From Octopus sinensis (lineage: Eukaryota): a DNA stretch of 64,000 bases. Positions 1-11,600 of this stretch are shown here, piece by piece. The position numbers were made by a program, and so were the translations under genes. The notes beneath the pieces are model-generated. The model was not told the origin of the DNA. It was given only the letters and a program-made list of their open reading frames with translations, and did not search any database. Every line of letters begins with the position of its first letter. Within the stretch, counting starts at the first letter, position 1. The stretch lies in the NCBI RefSeq assembly GCF_006345805.1, contig NC_043002.1:20646001-20710000 (forward strand), in the 5' to 3' direction.

Positions 1-640
1 TCAATGTGTGACAAAGCTGACCCTTTGAATTACAAGTGGAGTCTATCAGACGAATTCCCCCGAAGTTTCCATCGAAACGAAACTTCATTAAAAGCCATTT
101 GCTCAAGACACGGCATAGCGGTTCGAACTGAAGGCCTCATGTTTGTGTGGTGAATTTATTAACTATCCAGCCATACAAATATGGAAAGCATGCAAATATC
201 CAGGGTTAAAAAAAAATAATTTGCGAGAATATTTGCGAGAATATTTAACGTATTTTAAAAAAAATTCCTGCATACGTACTCACTTCAGATATAAGCTGCC
301 ATTGCTTAGCTCAATACCAGACTAGTTTGAGCAGAACTGCAATCAAAGATATTCCAACCACAGCCATCCCATCTTATTTTCCAAGCGCAATGTATCTGGA
401 ACTACATTATGTCACATGTTCGTCCATATATAAGTCAATAAGGTGTAATGAGGGAAATTTGAGTGCTATTTCTAGCAAGTCGAATACTACATAGTGGCTG
501 CATATTTGGCTCAATGTTTACAGATATTCTTACAATGCTTTATCGTTCCTGTTGTATCAATTACAAATGAGATAAAAGAAACATTTCTTACATACCATAA
601 TATATTCTATTTAATAGTTATGTCAGTAAAATGTTTTAGC

Positions 641-1094
641 CTTTCAGCTCGTTTCTGTACGCCATTATAAGTCAGTCACGATTTTTTATGTAAATTCTTA
701 ACGCATTATTGTCATATTTATATAAAAAAAAGAAGAAAAAAACTGATGTCGGACTTATAGTAAGCCAGTTTGCTAATGACCCGGCTGTACACTCAAGTCC
801 TTAACAATCATTGCGTGACCGTTTTAAAAGGCAGATAAAAACCCTTTAAAAGAACACCAAAAATCCTTTTCAGCTCGTTTCTGTACGCCATTGTAAGTCA
901 GTCATGATTTTTATGAAAATTCTTAACGCATTATTGTCATATTTATATATATATATATATATAAAAAAAAAAAAACTGATGCCGAACTTATAGTAAGCCA
1001 GTTTGCTAGTGATCCGGCTGTATACTCAAGTCCCTGAAAATCATTGCTCAACCATTTTAAAAGGCAGATAAAAACCCTTTAAAAGAACACAAAA
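641..1094. repeat. Tandem duplication, two ~226-bp copies
   Basis: TTTCAGCTCGTTTCTGTACGCC at 642 and 868; both copies end in GGCAGATAAAAACCCTTTAAAAGAACAC. Confidence 0.9.
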
Positions 1095-1761
1095 GATAAT
1101 TTTTCTTTAAGAAAACGTATAATTAATTAAAAGTAATGAGTTTCTGATTTGAATGTAATGATGACAACGATATCTATAACAACAACAACAACAATAATAA
1201 TGGTTTCAAGTTTTGGCACAAGGCCAGCAAATTCGGGGAAGGGGGTGAGTCAACTTCATCGACCTCAGTGTTCAACTGGTACTTATGAAAGGATGAAAGG
1301 CAAAGTCGAGTTCGGAAGATTAATATAATTAGTAATAATATGAAAGGAGCCTGGTGCAGCCTTCTGGCTTGCTAGTCCTCAGTCATACCGTCCAGCTAAT
1401 GCAAGCATGGAAAGCGGGCGTTAAACGACGATGATGATGACGATAACTCAGAACCTAAAGACGGACGAAATGCCGCTAATCATTTTGTTCGGAGTGCTAA
1501 AGATTCTACCAGCTCGCTACCATGATGATGATGATGATGGTTTCAAATTTTGGCACAAGGCCAGCAGTTTTTGAGAGGGAGGGTAAGTCGATTACATCGA
1601 ATCCACTGTACAACTGGTACTTATTTTATCGACCCCGGAAGGATGAAAGACAAAGTCGACTTGGGAGGAATCTGATCTTAGAACGAAAGCACGGACTAAA
1701 TTCCACTGAACATTTTTCTGGCGCGCTAAGGATTCTGCCAACTCGCTGCTCTGATGATCGT

Positions 1762-2172
1762 CATTATCATCATCATCGTCGTTTAACGTCCGATTTCCAT
1801 TCTGGCATGGTTTGACTGAGCACTAGCAAGCCAGAAGGCTGCACCAGGCTCCAATCAGATCTGGCAAGGTTTCTACAGCTGGATGCCCTCCCAAACGCCA
1901 ACCACTCCGCGAGTGTAGTGGGTGCTTTTTATGTGCCACCGGCACAGGAAGCAGTCAGGTGGCACTGGAAACGACCACGCTCGAATGGTGCTTTTTACGT
2001 GCCAGCGGGACGGGAGCCAGTCAGGCGGCACTAGCAACGACCACGCTCGAATGGTACTTTTTATGTACCACCAACACGGAACCCAGTCAGCTGGCACTGG
2101 CAACGACCACGCTCGGGCGCTGCTTTTTACGTGCCAGCGGCACGGGATCCAGTCAGCAGCACTGATAACGAC
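1762..2172 (-). mobile_element. SINE-like family C with RTE-type 3' tail, (GAT)n end and four internal ~66-bp hairpin-bearing units
   Basis: Tail CATCATCGTCGTTTAACGTCC on +. Four units GTGCTTTTTA(C/T)GTGCCA(C/G)CGGCAC...CAACGACCACGCTCG from 1922 to 2172. Confidence 0.75.
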
Positions 2173-2789
2173 CTTATAATAATAATGACGATGATGGTGG
2201 TTATGATGATTATGATGGTATAAGTGATAAGTAGATTTTTGCTTATGTATCACGTAAGCTAAAGCAAAACTAAAAACAACAACAACAAAAAAAAAACAAT
2301 AGGGACAGTGACTGAAGAGCTAACGCAGAGAATTAGGTAAGTGCTGCTAAAATTGAAGAACACAAAGAAAGGAAGAACCTGCACAAGTAAAATCGCTGTT
2401 TTTTTTTTGTTTTTTTTTTCTGAAAACACTAGAAACGCTTATTCTTGTGTGAAATGAGTAAAATGATAACATAAGACCGGATGTTGAAGAAAACAAACTT
2501 TCTGGGGGAGAAATTTGGGACAAAAATAATAAAACATGAAATCGAGAAAGTAAGTAGAAAATTACTGTAAAAATGTTGAGAGACAGAAGGATTCGAAAAT
2601 AGTTGAAAAAGTTTAAAAAGGGCAAAGATGCCGGACCTGACCTTGTTCCTAATTACTGACCGAAATATTAATTACTAGTCTCCAAGAAACTATGATTAAT
2701 ATAACTAATTTGAATGTATGCCACAGGAAAGTGTATCACTGTGGTTATCTACACGAAGAGCGGCCTAGATTTTTTAAGGGTAACGTTTC

Positions 2790-3094
2790 GACTTATAAAG
2801 GATGAAAGGCAAATTCGACCGCGGTGGAATTTGAACTCAGAACGTAGCGGCAGACGAAATACCTATTTCTTTACTACCCACAAGGGGCTAAACACAGAGA
2901 GGACAAACAAGGACAGACTAACGGATTAAGTCGATTACATCGACTCCAGCGCGTAACTGGTACTTATTTCATCGATCCCGAAAGGATGAAAGGCAAAGTC
3001 GACCTCGGCGGAATTTGAACTCAGAACGTAGCTTCAGACGAAATACCGTTAGGCATTTCACCTCGCGTGCTAACATTTCTGCCAGCTCGCCGCC

Positions 3095-3095
<1 letters not shown>
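2790..3095 (-). mobile_element. Dimeric SINE family A, second monomer truncated
   Basis: Same monomer junction (GGCAGACGAAATACCTATTTCTTT on +) as the 11088 copy. Head GCCAGCTCGCCGCC ends near 3095. Confidence 0.8.
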
Positions 3096-3136
<41 letters not shown>

Positions 3137-3499
3137 TTAGTAGTAGTTGTAGTAGTAGTAGTAGTAGTAGTAGTCACAAGCAATAGAGCAAACTAATGAA
3201 AGAGCCTTGATTTGCTAGGAAAAGTAAACAAATCTCCCTCTAATAACACCCTTCTGTCTTGTCCTGTGTTCCTTGTACTCGGGTAAAAGACGAAACGGTC
3301 ACAGTTGGAATATTTTTGGTCATAGTCATTTCAATCTTGATTGACCTGGGATTAAACGTCACCACCACTAAAACCAACAGCGATTCACAGTCACCTTTAC
3401 TGTTACACTTAGCCATACCATCACAACTACTACCACCACCACCAGGTCGCCGCCACCACCCTATCAACAATGCTAAGTCAGCAAATAAAATATACTCAC

Positions 3500-3629
3500 G
3501 TAGGCCGTTTCACAATTTTGTTTGGATGTTGATAATGGAAGAACAAGTTCTTGTTGATGCCCTTGGCAGGGTCGTATTCTTTGTTTGTACGCCAAACCCC
3601 AAAGGAGCCTGGAAGTATGTAGCCGATTT
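3500..3629 (-). CDS. SBSPON: Next coding exon (130 nt, phase 1/2) of the SBSPON-like gene
   Basis: Acceptor tttacccttctttttgtttcAG, donor |GTGAGT. The final G of the 17152 exon plus AA gives GAA, so the join is in frame: (E)IGYILPGSFGVWRTNKEYDPAKGINKNLFFHYQHPNKIVKRP(T). Many C-ending codons. Resembles the post-TSP1 E-x-x-x-(I/L)LP...R...NL...Y segment recalled for invertebrate SBSPON proteins. Confidence 0.8.
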
Positions 3630-5990
3630 CTGAAACAAAAAGAAGGGTAAATAAATATATGACTGAATATGAATAAAAGAAAAAGGCAAAAACCAACAAT
3701 ATCTCATATGATAGCATAAAAGATGATGTTGATGCTGCTACTGATGATGATAATGATGAATCCTTCGTCTGTGTCGACGTTGATCATTCAGTTTTAGATC
3801 AGCTGAACTATCAGTTTGTTAAATGAACGTTGACTATTCTAGACATGGCTGAATCAGCTTGACACAATAAGGAACAAAAACCGGCCCTCTAGTACTGAAA
3901 ATTCCGCTAGGCTTCTTTACTGTTTCCGTTGACCCAGTTTTATTCATAAAGCTTGGGGTAACCGAGCCTATGATGTTTCTTTATGGCAGTCGCCAATCTA
4001 CAGTTGTTGAAGATGAAGAACTAAATCCCTGGCGAACCAATGATCAGGTTTCAATTCTTTATTACTTCACATATGTTGTTAATGCTATGGGGAACGGTAT
4101 CAACGTTACGCATTCACATTTTGTTAATTCCCCCAAAATAAATATAGACGATTTGTGTCGAGTCAAAATATGTCTGAAATTTTGTTATTTACAGTGTAAA
4201 CGAAACTGTTTTGCAATAAATCAAGTCTAATCAATAAGTAAACTTCTCACACTTAAGTCCCGGGACTCGAGGTATGTGTGTGTCAGGATTTTAGGCATTT
4301 GTAAATGTTACCAGGTTTGTGAGGTCGATGCGGTTTATATTTAGTTTGAATTTTGACAGATTAGAGAGAGAGAGAGAAAGAGAGAGAGATGGAAAAGAGG
4401 AGGAGAGAGGTGGGGTTTGTTCTAAAGAATTTAATAAAATTTTTTATGGTTAAGAAGAGGAAACAGTAATGAGATTTTTATCAGGGTTTTCAAGACTGGT
4501 GGAAGGGAAGGAAGAATTTACTCTGAGACTGGAAACCTGGTCCAAATGTGAACCATGGGAAAATTTTTAAGTGTATGCGTATGTTTTAAAAAAGCTGGTC
4601 AATTGGTATATCCGGTTCCATGGAAACCGTAATGGTGACCACTAATAAGGGGACGAAACTCATACGAGGAAGATGGTGGTTTAATTTTTACTAGGTTAAC
4701 GGATCGAGAGAGTAACTCTTCATGGAGTGGGGACACACTTGGAGTAGATTCATGTAGAAAGAGACTGAGGATAATTGCTTATTTGAAAGGGACAAAGAGA
4801 ACATCGTCAGAACAGATCGTTTTGTTATGTTGCTGTTGTCTTTTCGTCCCAGATCTGCTATGATCCTGCTGACCAATGATGAAAAACGTTGTTTAGCTTT
4901 ACCTCTGATCTAATCTAGAAGACCTATGATAAAAAGATATGTTGTTTAACCCAGGTCAGTCCCAATGTAGCAGATCTATAACTAAATTCGTTCAAGCAAT
5001 GATAATTTCGTCTTTTCTTTCAGGATTACATTATTCAATATGTACTTCCTTTTTAAGACACTATGATGTGATCTGGTAGAGATTTCCGTTATTTCTAGAA
5101 TGTCAAGTGGCCAGCTAAAGATTCCTTTGTTGGGTACGCTTACGGAATTAAAATAATTCGAAAAGATTTCCCACTTGGTGATCGCACCACAATATGGTAA
5201 GGCGGTTAGGTTTGAAAGAAAGGAAGTTTCGGAAGTGTAGGCGGACACGAGTATTCTTCAAAGTTTGTAGATACTCAAGGGACTAGAGAAAAAACCCTCA
5301 GCTGAAATCAACTGAAATTCGAGAAGTGTGAGAGTTTTCATTGTGTGCCATGCACGAGGACATCTTTCGCTTTGTTGATGCTTGTCAACTTACAGATGCT
5401 ACGGTTATGAGATCGCTTCCTAGTGAGTGATTTTCCTCCGGGGGAGGGCATAGGATATGCTTTTAGCTATACCATCGTAATCAGCATCAGCTGCTACATT
5501 TTCACTTCATCATCTTTATGTCATCCTATTACATTATCATTGCCGTTGCAATTTTCATAATGATAACGACCGCCGCCATCTCCACCACCATTACCTTCAC
5601 TATCATCATTACTTCGCTGCCACCCCAGCACCAACGCCACCACATTTTGACGGATTGACGTTATGGCAGCTCAAAGGAAAATAAATACAAAATGAAGATG
5701 ACCTGGTGGAATCGTTTTAATTTCAGTTGTCTGGAGGAAGGAGGGTGGTCTTTAACATAAACGAGGGCGAAGAGAGAATAAACGAGACAGAAAGAGAAGG
5801 GGTATGAGAGAGAGTGAGTGATAGAGTGAGTGAGAGAGAGAGAGAGAGAGAGGGAGAGGAATGAGAGGGAGAGAGGTGATAGAATGGAGGGGTGAGAAAA
5901 AGTCAGAAATATGTGGAGGAGTTAAATGAGAGTTGGGCCGAAATATGCTGTAAGATGATGTAGTATAATGTATATGATAATAGAGGGCCC

Positions 5991-6026
<36 letters not shown>

Positions 6027-6162
6027 AATACATTCACACACATATATATATATACACATATGCACATATATATACATTATATATATATATATACATACAT
6101 ACATTACACACACACACACACACACATATATACACACATTTTATATACATACATTACATATA

Positions 6163-6200
6163 CTAGCAGAATGACCGCCCTCCGGGCGGTTTTCTGCTAG
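6163..6200. repeat. 38-bp GC-rich palindrome resembling a Helitron 3' end on both strands
   Basis: CTAGCAGAA-TG-ACCGCCC-TCC-GGGCGGT-TT-TCTGCTAG. Confidence 0.5.
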
Positions 6201-6462
6201 ACCTTGATAATATTTTCACATTCGATTCCCATTTCTAATCATTTTTGCATTCTTTGTCTAATTATTTCTTTGTATAATAGTGCTCACTTGTTTAGTAAAT
6301 ATTGCCTTCATTATTTTATCACAGTCTTAATCTCTCTGTTTTAAACAAACATCACAGTAGTCCAACAACAGAGGGAGAAGCAGTTGGTCAAGTCTTCCCT
6401 TCCCGTCAAAGCAACATAGAGATTTAGATTCAGCAGCCCATCTGTAAGCTTTGCAGTGTATA

Positions 6463-6524
<62 letters not shown>

Positions 6525-8241
6525 TTGCAAACAATAAATGAAATGAAAATACATCGTATAAATAAAAAGACATGACTACATATGAATACGCCCCCGACTT
6601 TGTTGCTTCATAACATCCAGAAAAATGGATACTTTTTAACAAAATTTTTTATAAATACGGCTTAGATGTTGTTGCTTCAGAGTATTATAGGGATTTATGG
6701 GAGAGAATTTTTGTGAGGGGGTGGAGAGAGAAGTTTCAGAAAATTCACATGTTCTGACTTTTCCCTCATAACTTTCAGGAAGATGGGTATCTTTTAATGA
6801 AAATTTACACAAACCCTTTTCAAATGGCATAGATATTACGATTATAAAGAAATTTGTGGGGAAATTTTTTTCGGGGATTTTCCAGATTTTTATAAACCAC
6901 GGCATTCGAAATGATGGAGTTGATGGTGGAGGTAAGCTTTGTATGACAAAAGTTTTGAAAACTCATTCTTTACACCCTCTCACTCATCATCTCACTCCGG
7001 ACCTATTTTGGCCAATTTTTTGCACTTCAAAACCATGGGAAGAGCATTTACGGTAAAATCTTTTTTTTATAAAATAATATTTTCAGAGGGAAAAGTGATT
7101 TAAGGGCGATTTGGCTGTTGTTTCTAGCGGTATATCTTCTGGTTCTTTACGTTTTGAGTTCAAATTCCGCCGAGGTAAGTCAACTTTGTCCTTCATCCCT
7201 TCGGGGTCGATCGATACAAATGAAGCACCAATCAAGTAGTGGGGCCAATGTGGCCCACTTTTCCCGCTTCTCCTCAAAACAACGAGTTAGCGTCCCGCTC
7301 AGAGGGAAATATCGTGATCGCGGTCATTTTGTATACGCCATGGAAACCGGGAAACCGGCCTTATGGGTTGTAGGACTCGAGAACAAGGAAGAAAAACAAA
7401 GCACAAAAGCTAACACATTACGAGAATTCCCTGATATATAGCATTCTCATTTAAATAACTCAAATGCCCAACGTCCACTCCTGATATACAAGCTTCTAAT
7501 ATAAATGTAATATTAGTGTTGTAGTCTAACATCGTAAACGCGACTATATTATTTGTGTTAAAGATTTGCTTGGCAGCATAAGGTTAGAGCAGAAATAGTA
7601 TATCCCAATTTTATTCAATGATGACGGTTAGAATTACAGTATGTGTAATACTTTTTATAGTAAATAATCTGATTCGTTCTACCGAACTTGTTTATGAGAA
7701 AACTAATACTTAAGCTCAATTAATGTACTTCGAGTTTACTGCATCGAAATAAAAGAAATAAAATGTCAGATTTATTAATTAGCTTCCAACAAAAATTAAG
7801 AATGTCTTCTGGTTAAGCGTTGCCATTCAATTTGATTATTGCAATATGTTTAATTCAATTTGTATTCAATCTGGAAGAGTATTCCGTGTGTTAGAGACTG
7901 ATCAATCTTAAAACACTCTGTCGTTCATAGAAGTTGAAGGCAAGTCGCTTTAGTAGTTGATTAATAGAAAAGGGACTCGTGAAGAAGTGGGGTCCATAGT
8001 ATATGCTATACTTTGCTACTAGGTTAATCCGGTATTGCCTGAGAATAAGGGAGAGAGAGAGAGAGCGAGAGAGCGAGAGAGAGAGATACAGAGAGAAAGG
8101 AAAGATTAAAGAGAGTGAGCTAGATGTAAGAGGAGTAAAATGGAGTCAAAGGAAATCAAGATAGAATGTGTGTTAGGAGAGAGGGAGAATGTGTGAATGT
8201 GTGTGTGTGTGTGTGAAAGAGACACAGAGAAGAGAGAGAGA

Positions 8242-8280
<39 letters not shown>

Positions 8281-9095
8281 AGAGAGAGAGTGAGGATAGG
8301 GAGAGGAAAGGAAACCGGAGAGAAAATATGAGAGGGTAAGGACTAGAAGTTAGAAAGGTAATGAATATAAGTTGGTAAGTACAGGGAAGAGCGGAGTGAA
8401 GGGAAGATTTCTAAGTTTCTTGAACTGAGAACTTACAGTGTCAAAGGTGTGTGTGAATGTGTGTGTGTGTGCGTAGAGTTAGAGAGAGAGAGAGAGGAGG
8501 GGGAGAAAGGAGATGGTAGAAAGATAGATAAAAGAGAGAGGGAGGGAGGAAGAGAGGAGGCAAAAAGAGATAGAGAAAACAGACCATACTTTAGAAAAAT
8601 AGAGCATATGTATAAATGAATGAATATGCGTAAGTGAATGTATATACATATGCATATATATATATATATATATATATATGAGTGTGTGTGTTTGAATCAG
8701 GTTATATACGTGAGTGGAAGCGTATACATACATATATTCGTGTGTGTGTGACTAAATGAAGTGTTATTAAAACAGATGGCTGTAAAGAAATGTGAAGGAG
8801 TAAGTATCATATTCCCGTGATACAAATCTAAACGTAAAGAGATGCAAAGAGACCAGCCAAAGCCACAAACATTATAATAAATTCTCACACTTCCTCCATT
8901 AGATTTTTCAACATCTTTTCTTCCCACACTCTTAAAAAAAAAAAATATACCGAAATTATTCGCCTCTTATTCCCCTGTCATTATTTTTCTTCATCTTCAT
9001 CATCCTCTCATTATGCTTCAATTATTATTCTTCCGTTTTAATCATCATTCTTTACCTTCATAAATTTCCTTGTTATTTTGTTATTGTTGTTGTAA

Positions 9096-9975
9096 TATAT
9101 ATATATAGGGCCATTGTCTTTATGTTCTGAGTTCAAATTCCGCCGAGGTCGACTTTGCTTTTCATCCTTTCGGGGTCGATAAATTAAGTGCCAGTTGCGT
9201 ACTGGGATCGATCTAATCGACTGGCCCCCCCCCAAAAAAAAATTTCGGGCCTTGTGCCTAGAGTAGAAAAGAATACATATAGGGCTACTGTCTTTACGTT
9301 CTGAGTTCAAATTCCGCCGAGGTTAACTTTGACTTTCATCCTCTCGGGGTCGATAAATTAAGTACCAGTTGCGTTCTGGGGTCGATCTAATCGACTGCTC
9401 CTCCCCCCACTCCAAAAATTTCGAGTTTTGTGCCTTGAGCAGAAAATAATATATATACAGCCACTGTTTTTATGTTCTGAGTTCAATTTCCGCCGAGGTC
9501 CACTTTGCCTTTCATCCTTTCGTGTTCGATAAATTAAGTACCAGTTGCGTATTGAAGTCGATCTAATCGACTAGCCCCCTCTCCAAAAACTTCGGGCCTT
9601 GTGTCTAGAGTAGAAAAGAATATATATAGGGTCACTGTTTTTACGTTCTGAGTTCAAATTCCGTCGAGGTTAACTTTGTCTTTCATCCTTTCGGGGGCGA
9701 TAAATTAAGTACCAGTTGCGTACTGGGGTCGATCTAATCGACTGCCCCCTCTCCAAACATTTCGAGCCTTGTGCCTAGAGCAGAAAATAATATATATAGG
9801 GCCACTGTTTTTATGTTCTGAGTTCAAATTCCGTCGAGGTTAACTTTGCCTTTCATCCTTTCGGGGTCAATAAATTAAGTACCAGTTGCGTATTGGAGTC
9901 GATCTAATCGACTGGCCTATTCCCCCAAAATCTCGGTCCTTGTGCCTAGAGTAGAAAAGAATATATATAGGGCCA
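9096..9975 (+). repeat. Tandem array of five ~170-176 bp headless SINE family A monomers
   Basis: TTCTGAGTTCAA recurs at 9125, 9299, 9475, 9646 and 9816. Each unit has the SINE core and the CCTTGTG..GAG.AGAAAA.AATATATA tail. Confidence 0.9.
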
Positions 9976-10908
9976 TATTTGTGCTGAGTGGAGTAAATAA
10001 GTGGTCGAGTAAATAAATCAGCTTCAATACTTAACTGGTACTTTACTTTACGTATAGTCCCCGGTGGAATTTGAACACAGAATGCAGAAGAACGTTACTA
10101 AATACCGCACTATATTTTATCCTCCTCGGAAACAATTTCCTCAAAAAAAAAAAAAAAGATCAAAAGTTCTTCCCGAGCCATAAGCTCATATGGTCAGTTT
10201 CCTGAATTCTATAGCATATATATTTCCCACGTGAACGGGAGCAACGTGAAATGGAGTGTTTGGTTCAAGAACACAATGCATCGCTTGGTTCAGGAACCGA
10301 AACCATAATCGTATGATCATGAGTGCAACACCCTAACCACTAAACAACGTTCTCCAACAATTTTCTCCGCACACTGCCTTGAATGCTCTCAGAACGATTT
10401 CTAAAAGAGTCTTAAAGTTTCAGAACGTCCAGTTAAACTTAACAAAGGACGAGACGTAAATTATTATCGCGATGAAGAATCTAAAGACTTAGCAAAAACA
10501 ATTATTGTTCTAACTGGGCTTTCTGACAGCGTTTAAAATCTCTGAGGGCGATTAAACGACAACACATATATTTCGAGTGACCGGATGAAACGAGTAACTG
10601 ACCAGCTTAAAACTGACGTGACAACTCTTAATACAAGGTTAAATTATGTAAAACTGTGTCAAAACTCTCAGAGTAGACTGCGTGTCGGCTCACAAATGAC
10701 CAAACTAGACTAGACTAAAATCTACACAATAGCTAACAAGTGGACTGGCTGAATGAATTAAAGAATACAAGAACTTCAGAGTAATGGAATCTGCGATTCC
10801 CTCGAATTAGTTCAACTAACAATTTCTGTGATATATGACAGCTGTCAATGCTAGGTCTTACTTGATAGAGACATGGTATGTATATCACAATGCATTTGTG
10901 CATCACAC

Positions 10909-11600
10909 CCTCCATCATAAATACTGTGTATACAAATCTCCATCATAAATATTGTTTCTACAGTCTTCCATCATAAATATTGTCTCAATAGTCCCTTATC
11001 ATAAATATCAGCTTTACAGATCATCATGAATATTGTTTCTACAGATCGCCATTATAATTATTGTTTCTAACATCTCCATTATAAATATTCTTTTCTACTC
11101 TAGACACAAGGCCCGAAATTTTGGGGAAAGGGTCCAGTCGATTAGATCGACCCCAGTATGCAACTGGTATTTAATTTATCGACCCCGTAAGGATGAAAGG
11201 CAAAGTCGACCTCGGTGGAATTTGAACCCAGAACGTAACGGCAGACGAAATACCTATTTCTTTACTACCCACAAGGGGCTAAACACAGAGAGGATAAACA
11301 AGGACAGACAAACGGATTAAGTCGATTATATCGACCCCAGTGCGTAACTGGTACTTAATATATCGACCCCGAAAGGATGAAAGGCAAAGTCAACCTCGGC
11401 GGAATTTGAACTCAGAACGTAGCGGCAGCCGAAATACCGCTAAGCATTTCGCCCCGCGTACTAACTTTTCTGCCAGCTCGCCGCCTTATCTCTATTATAA
11501 ATAATGTCTCTATAGTCCTCCATCATAAACATTGTCTCTACAGACCTCCACCATGAACGTAACCTATACAGATCTCCACCAACTATTGTCTATTATACTA
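10909..11600. repeat. Degenerate ~28-bp minisatellite interrupted by the 11088 SINE
   Basis: CTCCATCATAAATATTGTTTCTACAG-like units on both sides of the SINE. Confidence 0.65.
11088..11487 (-). mobile_element. Dimeric SINE family A (full monomer plus headless second monomer)
   Basis: Two tandem cores GGATGAAAGGCAAAGTC(G/A)ACCTCGG. Flanked by ATCTC(C/T)ATTATAAATA at 11072 and 11488. Confidence 0.8.

Noticed and set aside
5099-5196. Plus-strand exon candidate NVKWPAKDSFVGYAYGIKIIRKDFPLGDRTTIW
   Set aside because: Splice sites are plausible, but there is no recognisable domain or partner exon, and it lies antisense inside the SBSPON-like intron.
5144-5282. Minus-strand exon candidate between the two SBSPON-like exons
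   Set aside because: All three frames contain stops between the acceptor and donor, and the two real exons already join in phase.
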